From contig DASYNR010000339.1 of assembly GCA_036008485.1 (NCBI GenBank), positions 1-51,643 on the forward strand: DNA of 51,643 nucleotides. Reading direction: 5' to 3'. A program made the position numbers and the translations under genes. The notes beneath the pieces were generated by a model, which was not told where the DNA came from, searched no databases, and worked only from the letters and a program-made list of their open reading frames with translations. Each line of letters starts with the position of its first letter. The first letter of the stretch is position 1. Positions 43,895 to 50,917 of this stretch are shown here, piece by piece. Origin of the DNA: Candidatus Acidiferrales bacterium (GTDB lineage Bacteria; Acidobacteriota; Terriglobia; Acidiferrales; UBA7541).

Positions 43895-44185
43895 CTAAGC
43901 ATCGCACGTCTTGACCAGGCCCTGTGTCCGCAATGTTTCGAGTAGCAACAGCAGATCGCTTTCACACTTTGCAGGCTCGACTTCATATTCTTCCAGGATT
44001 GTGGCGCGCAATTCTTCCACGGACTTAGGCTGATCCAGTAATTTCCAAATCCGTGCGCCAATAGGATCCAATCCGTAATACTGGCCGCTTCGCATGTCCA
44101 GAATCGCGGCTTCGTCTCCAAGAGAGCAGGAGACGTTTTCTCTGGAAGCCACTACAATCGTCTTGAGTGAAATTACTTTTGGCAT
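43895..44185 (-). CDS. Second PqqD-family protein
   Basis: 96 aa. GDEAAILDMRSGQYYGLDPIGARIWKLLDQPKSVEELRATILEEYEV ... LLLLLETLRTQGLV is the PqqD pattern. Confidence 0.8.
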   Translation of the reverse strand: MPKVISLKTIVVASRENVSCSLGDEAAILDMRSGQYYGLDPIGARIWKLLDQPKSVEELRATILEEYEVEPAKCESDLLLLLETLRTQGLVKTCDA

Positions 44186-44363
44186 CGCGCCGCCCGGAAC
44201 ACGTCTCTTCTTTCAAATAATTTTTCGCCTACGCTCGATATGCTGGCCGCGCTCGCTGGGAGAGCTTGCATAGTATTCTAATAGCATCTTCTGAGCCTAG
44301 CAATTCGGCCTGAGCGGCAGCAAGCATGCGCAGCGAAGAGATTGCTCTAGCTGATGAGCCGCA

Positions 44364-44382
44364 CTGCATTATACGGATGCAG
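44364..44382 (-). promoter_or_regulatory. Candidate -10 box (TATAAT, minus strand, 44368-44373) embedded in the inverted repeat CTGCAT-N7-ATGCAG, upstream of the PqqD/kinase/B2/B1/C operon
   Basis: A perfect TATAAT hexamer on the operon strand about 180 nt upstream of the PqqD ATG. There is no good -35 at 17-18 nt. Confidence 0.2.
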
Positions 44383-44490
44383 CGTGCAGTAGCGTTACGA
44401 TCGGGGATGATGGGTGCTTCGGCGCGGTTACTTTCTCTGTGGGGAGTGACGTCATTGACAGCAAGATATTCTGCGCAAGGCTCAGATGGT

Positions 44491-44526
44491 AGGGGCGGGG
44501 CGACTGTCGTACAGATGCCCACCCCT
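44491..44526 (-). terminator. GC-rich hairpin 22 nt after the stop of the CarboxypepD_reg/TPR gene (9-bp stem including one G-U pair, 18-nt loop), no U-tract
   Basis: Minus-strand AGGGGUGGG ... CCCGCCCCU. It separates the que/TPR transcription unit from the downstream PqqD operon leader. Confidence 0.3.
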
Positions 44527-44547
44527 ACCGATCTCGTACTGCCGTTC

Positions 44548-45744
44548 TTATTTCTTCTTCGGAGCGGTAATTTTAGTATCCACTCCTAAACCGTACTGCT
44601 TCAGGTCTTCCAGATTCTTCCGTGAAAGCTCCGCCATATTTGACTTCGGATCAATTGAGATGCACTTCTCAAATGCTTCTTCGGTTCCCGGAGGGAACTC
44701 AAAGGTTATTTTGTCTCCGTTTTGTTTCACGGCCATGTTCGCTGCCAGCGCTGCGCCCAGCAAGAACCATCCCTGCTGATTGTTTGGCTCCGCTTCTGTA
44801 GCCTTCTTCAGAAGGTCCGCAGCGGGAGAGTCCTTCAATTTCCCGGCGTTGAATAACACCACGGCGAAATTCCTGTACGCCAGCGGCGCACCTTGTGGGT
44901 CAAGCGTCGCGCTCTGATCGTACGCCGCCCTCGCTTCATCCATTTTCCCGATCTTTGCCAGATCGTTCCCCAAATTGTTGTATGCACCGGCATCGGGATG
45001 CGCTGCTACGTCCTGCTGGTAGGCCTGCACCGCTTCCTCGAATTTTCCTTCGAGTTCGTATGCGACGGCCATTTGGGCATAGACCGCTCCTTTATTTTTT
45101 GCATCGGCGGGATCGGTAACTGCGCTCAGTGCCTGCTGATATTCCCCAAGCGCTTTTGACGCGGACTGTTCAACTTTCGCCTCCAATTCGGGGCGATCGG
45201 CGGCGGCGGCTTTCGTCCAATCATTCTTTGCTGCCTTTTCTTCGTCAAGCGCCGCGTTTCCTGCGTTGAAGTGCGTCTTCAATTTGCCGAACTGCGCTTC
45301 GTCTTCCAGCTGCTTCTTCATCTCCTTCTGGAATGCAAGAACTCTGGGGTCGTTCGTAACCAAATTCGCAAGCGTATCTTTCCCGTTGCCGACGTTTGCG
45401 CGCGCCTTGAAAATAGTATTTTCTCCCTGCTTGTAGGTGATGATATATGAACCGACCGGCAAGCCAGGCTTGGCGAACTTTCCGGCGGCGTCGGTCGTCA
45501 GGTCGATTTCCAGGCCGCCCTGCGGTTCAATAACGACGGTCATACCTGCGACGGGCTTCCCGTCTCCGTCTTTTACCACGCCAATGATTTGGCCCGCGCC
45601 CACGGGCGCTGCCGCCTTGTCCTGCGCCACCGCGCGTTGCGCAAGGGAGGTCATCACCAGGCCTGCGCACATCACACAGCCGAGCACCACTCCAACAATT
45701 TTCAATAATTCCTTTTTCACTTTCGTCCTCCTGGCAGAATTCAT
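44548..45744 (-). CDS. Secreted/anchored protein with a carboxypeptidase-regulatory-like (CarboxypepD_reg) domain followed by TPR repeats
   Basis: Signal/anchor LLKIVGVVLGCVMCAGLVMTSLA. GQIIGVVKDGDGKPVAGMTVVIE (CarboxypepD_reg). TPR-like AVYAQMAVAYELEGKFEEAVQAYQ, AYNNLGNDLAKIGKMDEARAAY. Start set to the ATG at 45744, preceded by GGAG; the track ORF extends to 45807. Confidence 0.68.
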   Translation of the reverse strand: MNSARRTKVKKELLKIVGVVLGCVMCAGLVMTSLAQRAVAQDKAAAPVGAGQIIGVVKDGDGKPVAGMTVVIEPQGGLEIDLTTDAAGKFAKPGLPVGSYIITYKQGENTIFKARANVGNGKDTLANLVTNDPRVLAFQKEMKKQLEDEAQFGKLKTHFNAGNAALDEEKAAKNDWTKAAAADRPELEAKVEQSASKALGEYQQALSAVTDPADAKNKGAVYAQMAVAYELEGKFEEAVQAYQQDVAAHPDAGAYNNLGNDLAKIGKMDEARAAYDQSATLDPQGAPLAYRNFAVVLFNAGKLKDSPAADLLKKATEAEPNNQQGWFLLGAALAANMAVKQNGDKITFEFPPGTEEAFEKCISIDPKSNMAELSRKNLEDLKQYGLGVDTKITAPKKK

Positions 45745-45806
45745 GCGCCGCTCCGGCATCTCCGGCCAATAACGGCGGCGAACCCTGTGACTGTTATCTT
45801 GCCTCA

Positions 45807-46523
45807 TTATCTCTCAACTGGCATGCGATACGCGATAGGGTCTGTGCGTCTGGCCTGTTCAAATGCACGCAACCTCAGCATGCAACTATCGCACACTCCG
45901 CAAGCCAAATCTTCGCCCTGATAGCATGACCATGTTAGATGAAGCGGGGCGTCCAGTTCGATGCCACGCTGTACAATCTCGCTCTTCCGCATCGCGATCA
46001 CTGGCGTCGCAATTTCAATGCGAGTCTCTGGACGCGTTCCCACTTTCACTAGTTCCTGAAACACGCGGTAATATTCCGGCCGGCAGTCCGGATACCCCGA
46101 ACTATCCTCGGCTACTGCACCGATGAAGACTGCGTTGGCGTTAATCGCCTCTGCCCAGCTCACCGCTATGGAAAGAAAGTGCGCGTTGCGAAACGGCACG
46201 TAGGTTACAGGAATTTCGCCGTGATGCAAAACGCTCGGGGAGGTGAAATTCGTCTCCGGCACAGCGATTCGCGAATCCGTCAACGCTGAAGCGCCAATAG
46301 CCGGAAAATAATTCAAGTCCGCCACCAGACGATCGCTCACTCCATAAAAATCCGCAATGGCCTCAAATGAGCGCCGTTCCCGCCGCGCGGTTCGCTGACC
46401 GTAACTCGCATGAAGCAACGCCACGTCGTGTGTCAAACGCGCGATCGCGGCCGTAACGCACGAGTCCATTCCGCCGCTAAGCAAAACTACGGCCTTCGAT
46501 TTTTTCGACGAGCCTGCCATCAA
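45807..46523 (-). CDS. queC: 7-cyano-7-deazaguanine (preQ0) synthase
   Basis: AVVLLSGGMDSCV PP-loop. C-terminal Zn-binding CGVCDSC. Correct size (238 aa). Neighbours are queE and queD. Confidence 0.9.
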   Translation of the reverse strand: MMAGSSKKSKAVVLLSGGMDSCVTAAIARLTHDVALLHASYGQRTARRERRSFEAIADFYGVSDRLVADLNYFPAIGASALTDSRIAVPETNFTSPSVLHHGEIPVTYVPFRNAHFLSIAVSWAEAINANAVFIGAVAEDSSGYPDCRPEYYRVFQELVKVGTRPETRIEIATPVIAMRKSEIVQRGIELDAPLHLTWSCYQGEDLACGVCDSCMLRLRAFEQARRTDPIAYRMPVER

Positions 46524-46526
46524 GAA

Positions 46527-47213
46527 CTAAACTCCGTGCATCGAAGGATCCCAGATAAATTTGTGCAGTTGGAGGCCTAGGCGAACTGGAACTCCGTCAG
46601 CGAGAATCCACTCCGTCAATTCGCGAGCTTCAAGGCCGGGCCATTTTCCGGCGGGATCTGGAGTCGACGGAGAAAAAATCACTTGATGTACTTTTGCCGC
46701 CAGCGAATGTTGTGCGGTGAACTCACGCGCGAATTCATAATCGCCGCGGCTGGCGATTACGAATTTGATTTCATCCGCGGGGCCGAACGCTTCAAGATTC
46801 GCGAAATCGAATGTGTCTGCCGCGCCGGAGTCAGGGCACTTTACATCTACAATCTTGATTACTTCGCGCGGCAACTTTCCGATGAACCGCTCGCCGCTGG
46901 TTTCGATCATCACCGTATAGCCCGAGGCGAGAAGTTTTTCGGCCAGAGGAATGACTTCCGGCTGCAGCAAAGGCTCGCCGCCGGTCAGTTCCACCAATTG
47001 AATTTCATTTCCATTCGCGGTTGACGGTAGCGAAAGCTCCCGCACCTTCTCGCAGGCTTCATCGACGGTGATTTGTCTTCCGCCGTAGAAGGCGTATGCC
47101 GTGTCGCACCATGTGCAACGCAAATTGCACCCAGTAAGGCGCACGAAAATGCACGGCAATCCCGCGCGAGTTCCTTCGCCTTGAATCGAACGGAAAATTT
47201 CGGTGATAACCAT
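46527..47213 (-). CDS. queE: 7-carboxy-7-deazaguanine synthase (radical SAM)
   Basis: EIFRSIQGEGTRAGLPCIFVRLTGCNLRCTWCDT (QueE-type CX14CX2C-like radical SAM motif), TGGEPLLQ. Confidence 0.9.
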   Translation of the reverse strand: MVITEIFRSIQGEGTRAGLPCIFVRLTGCNLRCTWCDTAYAFYGGRQITVDEACEKVRELSLPSTANGNEIQLVELTGGEPLLQPEVIPLAEKLLASGYTVMIETSGERFIGKLPREVIKIVDVKCPDSGAADTFDFANLEAFGPADEIKFVIASRGDYEFAREFTAQHSLAAKVHQVIFSPSTPDPAGKWPGLEARELTEWILADGVPVRLGLQLHKFIWDPSMHGV

Positions 47214-47217
47214 AGTT

Positions 47218-47445
47218 TCAGCGGGAATTTATGCTGGATTTTATTTCAGGAGTCGCCGTGGAATTTCTTCGTGCCTTGCGCCGGCGGTCGTAAGCATTGA
47301 CAAGATAGATTGCGACCCCAAATCCAGCCAGTCCGCCAAGCGCGCGGGCGTAGGTCAGTTGCACTCCAGCGTAGGCGGCCAAAAGAAAATACGCCGTAAT
47401 CACGAGCGCCGCGGGAATGATGATGACCAAAAATGCGCGATTCAT
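47218..47445 (-). CDS. Small two-TM membrane protein, hypothetical
   Basis: 75 aa with two hydrophobic helices and a basic C-terminal tail. It fits exactly between queD and queE on the same strand. Confidence 0.45.
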   Translation of the reverse strand: MNRAFLVIIIPAALVITAYFLLAAYAGVQLTYARALGGLAGFGVAIYLVNAYDRRRKARRNSTATPEIKSSINSR

Positions 47446-47469
47446 ATCGTTGTTCCTGGCTGCTGCAAA

Positions 47470-47877
47470 CTACGGATGATAAGTAGCCGACGTGATGTCC
47501 GTTTCCCAAACCGTGACGCTCGTAATTTTCGGGGCGTTCTTCGCATCGAGGGCGGAAGAAGCCGATGTCGTCGTCAATTCTTTCAGCCCGCGTGCCACTT
47601 CGTCGTACAAATATTTCGCAATATTTTCGGCCGAAGGATTCAGTTCGATGAATGGCGGCTGATCGTTCAAATATTTGTGATCCATGTCATTAATCACAGC
47701 ATGCAGAACTTGTTTCAGATGCACGAAATCAAAAAGCAGCCCGATGGAATCGAGTTGCGGGCCCTGCACCGTCAACCGCACTTTATAATTGTGGCCGTGT
47801 GGATTTTCGCACTTGCCTTTGTATCCTCGCAGGGCGTGTCCCGCGGAAAAAGTTTCATCAACGCTTACTTCAAACAT
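47470..47877 (-). CDS. queD: 6-carboxy-5,6,7,8-tetrahydropterin synthase
   Basis: FSAGHALRGYKGKCENPHGHNY (PTPS/QueD Zn and catalytic motif), 135 aa. Confidence 0.9.
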   Translation of the reverse strand: MFEVSVDETFSAGHALRGYKGKCENPHGHNYKVRLTVQGPQLDSIGLLFDFVHLKQVLHAVINDMDHKYLNDQPPFIELNPSAENIAKYLYDEVARGLKELTTTSASSALDAKNAPKITSVTVWETDITSATYHP

Positions 47878-47907
47878 TCAAGGCCTTTCGATTTACAAAT
47901 AAAATGT

Positions 47908-50052
47908 TCAGGGATGCGTCTGCATGAAGCGTTCGACTTCCTGGATGTCACGGGTGATGGAATAAGCAGGAAGCGACGCAATAAAGATTTTACCATACTG
48001 CATGCGCTCGATGCGGTTATCCAAAATCGCAAGCACGCCGCGGTCGGTGCGTGCGCGAATCAATCTTCCAAATCCCTGCTTCAATGCGAGCACTGCCTCC
48101 GGCACTTGATATTCGCTGAACGCGTTGCGTCCTTCTTCCTGCAAGGTCTTCACGCGCGCAGCGACAATGGGATCGCTCGGCACCGCGAAGGGAAGTTTAT
48201 CCACAATGACGCACGAAAGTTGATCGCCGGGGACATCCACACCCTGCCAGAAACTTGCCGTCGCAAATAAAACAGCATTGGGAGTATTGCGGAATTTTTC
48301 AAGCAGCGCGGGACGCGGCGAAGTTCCCTGAAGCAGCAGCGGGAAATCTACCGTTTGCAAAACGCGCGCGTAAACGTCCTTCATCTGGCTGTAGCTGGTA
48401 AAAAGACAGAACGCGCGGCCCTGCGTGATCTCCAACATGCGCGTAATTTCTTCCGCGGCTTTCGAGGAAAATGACGGATCACGCACATCCGGCATGCGAT
48501 TTGGAATATACAGAAGCGCCTGATTTTTGTAATCGAATTCTGTGGGCAAGACTTTTTCGAGTGCGGTGGGAACGCCCAGGCGCTGCTTCAAGAAATCAAA
48601 GCGTCCACCGACGGCCAGCGTAGCGGAGGTGAGTACAACGGTATTGAATCGCTCGAAAAGATGTTCGCGGAGAATTCCGCTCACGTCGATTGGCGTGGCT
48701 GCTAGAAAAACTCCTTTGTTGCGCCGATCCATCCAGTAAACGTAATTGTGCTCAGAGGATTCCATCAGGAATTCAGTTTCTTTGCGCAACTCGAAACTGC
48801 GGCGCGCCAGATTAATAAATTCTTCAGGCTTGGAAGGCAGCGCGGCAATTTCCGTTTCAAACGCTTTCAACGATTGCAGAACGCCGTCGTAAGCTTCGTG
48901 ATTCTGCTCTAGAAAATGTTCGCGCTCGGCCATCTCGAATGGCGAGCGGCCTTCGCGCGCAGGAAATGCTTCAAAAAAAGTGCGTGAGCGTTCGCGAATG
49001 CGTGAAGCGCGGCGCAACAGTGACGGTGGACCTTCTTTCATCATGCGCAAAACATTTTCGGCGTCCCGCGCCAATTCCTCGAAACGGTAATTGGAAGTCT
49101 GACGGCCGAAATAGTCTCCCGCTACGTCTTCGATTTCGTGGGCTTCGTCGAAAATCACAGCGTCATATTCGGGAAGAATGCTGCCGAAATCATCCTGACG
49201 CAGCGCGAGATCCGCGAAAAACAAATGGTGATTCACGATTACGATATCGGCGTCGGCGGCGCGCTGATGCATCAGCGTGACAAAACAGTTGTTGAATTCG
49301 GGACATTTCTGTCCGGTGCAAGCTTCGCGGCGCGCGTCCAGCCGATGCCATAGGTCTGCGTCATCGGGAAGAAAATTCAGCTCGGCGCGGTCGCCAGTTG
49401 CAGTCAATTTTTCCCAATCGGCGATTTGCGAAAACCAGTCGACTTCATCCATTCCTTTCAGCACGGGCTGACCTTCCATGAAGTGAACTTTGGAGCGGCA
49501 CAGAAAATTGCTGCGCCCTTTCATGACGGCTACCTTCAAATTCGGCGCAAAATGTTTTTGAAGAAATGGAATATCTTTGCTGAAAAGCTGCTCCTGCAAG
49601 GATTTTGTAGCAGTGGAAATCACAATGCGCTTTCCACTGCGAATCGCCGGAATTAAATACGCCAAAGTCTTGCCTGTGCCTGTGCCCGCTTCGACGATCG
49701 CGTGCTGCCGTTTCTGGAACGCTTTCTCGAGAATTTCCGCCATCTCCAATTGCGAACGGCGATGCTCGTATCCATGCGGCATGCACTGCTTTAATAATCC
49801 GCCGGGCCCGAAAATATCCTTAATTGTCGGACGATCGTCAACGTCGATCGCGGTTTCATCCTCAATGGTAGAAACGCGAATTGACTGGGAGCCGCCCGCA
49901 AATTCCGCGGAATGCTCAACAATTTCGGGATCGTCTAAAACATCATGATCGGAAACAACGGGCTGCAAGTCGGTAAGCGGATCGGGCGAGTAGGTACGCT
50001 CAGTCACTTCGGACGAGTCAATTGCCGCGGATTTGGATTTCTTTTTGGGCAT
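47908..50052 (-). CDS. dinG: ATP-dependent DNA helicase, DinG/XPD (Rad3-related) family with an Fe-S cluster domain
   Basis: Walker A EAGTGTGKT, DEAH box FDEAHEIED. Four Cys (FLCRSK, EACTGQKCPEFNNC) lie between motifs I and II, as in the XPD/DinG Fe-S domain. C-terminal GVDVPG, QGFGRLIR. Confidence 0.85.
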   Translation of the reverse strand: MPKKKSKSAAIDSSEVTERTYSPDPLTDLQPVVSDHDVLDDPEIVEHSAEFAGGSQSIRVSTIEDETAIDVDDRPTIKDIFGPGGLLKQCMPHGYEHRRSQLEMAEILEKAFQKRQHAIVEAGTGTGKTLAYLIPAIRSGKRIVISTATKSLQEQLFSKDIPFLQKHFAPNLKVAVMKGRSNFLCRSKVHFMEGQPVLKGMDEVDWFSQIADWEKLTATGDRAELNFLPDDADLWHRLDARREACTGQKCPEFNNCFVTLMHQRAADADIVIVNHHLFFADLALRQDDFGSILPEYDAVIFDEAHEIEDVAGDYFGRQTSNYRFEELARDAENVLRMMKEGPPSLLRRASRIRERSRTFFEAFPAREGRSPFEMAEREHFLEQNHEAYDGVLQSLKAFETEIAALPSKPEEFINLARRSFELRKETEFLMESSEHNYVYWMDRRNKGVFLAATPIDVSGILREHLFERFNTVVLTSATLAVGGRFDFLKQRLGVPTALEKVLPTEFDYKNQALLYIPNRMPDVRDPSFSSKAAEEITRMLEITQGRAFCLFTSYSQMKDVYARVLQTVDFPLLLQGTSPRPALLEKFRNTPNAVLFATASFWQGVDVPGDQLSCVIVDKLPFAVPSDPIVAARVKTLQEEGRNAFSEYQVPEAVLALKQGFGRLIRARTDRGVLAILDNRIERMQYGKIFIASLPAYSITRDIQEVERFMQTHP

Positions 50053-50212
50053 GCGAGTTCTGCGCCGGTGATCACGATGACGCCGACTGGATTAAATACC
50101 TTAGCATATTCGGAAGAAGGGCTTGAAACGGGCGGAGTGCATTAGAATCGGCATTGCCGGAAGAAGGATGTCAAGGATTCGTCTCTTGAGCCTGAGAATT
50201 GATCGCGAGAAT

Positions 50213-50731
50213 CTATTGACCATCCGGCTTGCCGAAGAGATTTTGAATTCCGACCGAAGTGGCTTGTTGCGGATCATCTGTGAACGACAGATCCCATTTC
50301 CAAACATCTTTTTCCTTGGACATGTGGGCGGTGCCTTTGAATCGGACCACCTTTCCACTTACGGCGAGATTCGCCGAAGTCGGAACGTCGGCTGAATTCC
50401 CATCGATTACAGGCTCACCAATTGTTATGTCCGAAATACTTTTGAAGAGTTTGTCGACAGTTCCATCAGGGTCGGAATCTTTGATTCCTTTCGCTATTCC
50501 CGCTGCGAACTGATCGGCGTCATCCGGAAGATCCGCACGCACCTTTGCCGAAAATATTGTGATGAAGTACAGCGCCCTCCAATCCTGATTCTTAATGACG
50601 GTGTAAAGGTTCAGCGCGGCCGCTTTCGGAGTCGACGCGACGGCAGGCTGCGGCTTTGCGGCCACCGATATGGTTATGACTGAGAGAGCAATGCAAATGG
50701 TAAGCGCAGCGGAAGTAAGTTTTTTCATCAT
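50213..50731 (-). CDS. Small secreted protein, hypothetical
   Basis: Signal peptide MMKKLTSAALTICIALSVITISVAA, then a soluble domain of about 150 aa. Start trimmed to the ATG pair at 50731/50728. Confidence 0.55.
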   Translation of the reverse strand: MMKKLTSAALTICIALSVITISVAAKPQPAVASTPKAAALNLYTVIKNQDWRALYFITIFSAKVRADLPDDADQFAAGIAKGIKDSDPDGTVDKLFKSISDITIGEPVIDGNSADVPTSANLAVSGKVVRFKGTAHMSKEKDVWKWDLSFTDDPQQATSVGIQNLFGKPDGQ

Positions 50732-50917
50732 AGGTGGGCATTCTAGCATTCACATGCCGCATGGCGAATAACAAAGGCTTTTAATTCGTATTCATCTGAA
50801 TGTCGCAACGCGCCAGCGCGCAATTGTTCCGGGATGTGAATAAGAGTCTGCCGCGGAGAACGAGATTGGCGTACTATCTTGGCGCGGAAATTACTTGAGG
50901 CGAAGAGGTCGGTGAGC

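Noticed and set aside
44229-44522. 97-aa GTG-initiated ORF in the leader region of the PqqD operon, considered as a precursor or regulator
   Set aside because: It has no motifs, no SD and an odd composition. It spans the hairpin that follows the upstream gene. Only its shorter internal sub-ORFs are kept, as weak candidates in the findings.
47878-47907. preQ1 riboswitch upstream of queD
   Set aside because: Only 30 nt separate the dinG stop from the queD start, which is too short for the aptamer plus expression platform, and I saw no matching motif.
47203-48270. 355-aa plus-strand ORF
   Set aside because: It is antisense to queD, the small membrane ORF and the 3' end of dinG, all of which have clear family motifs. 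Its sequence is low-complexity and Arg-rich.
45807-50052. 7-deazaguanine DNA-modification (Dpd) or QueC-based (Qat-like) defence island
   Set aside because: Only the canonical preQ0 genes queC, queD and queE are present. There is no tgt/dpdA-like, QatA/B/D-like or other defence partner. The DinG-like helicase looks like a housekeeping XPD/DinG protein.
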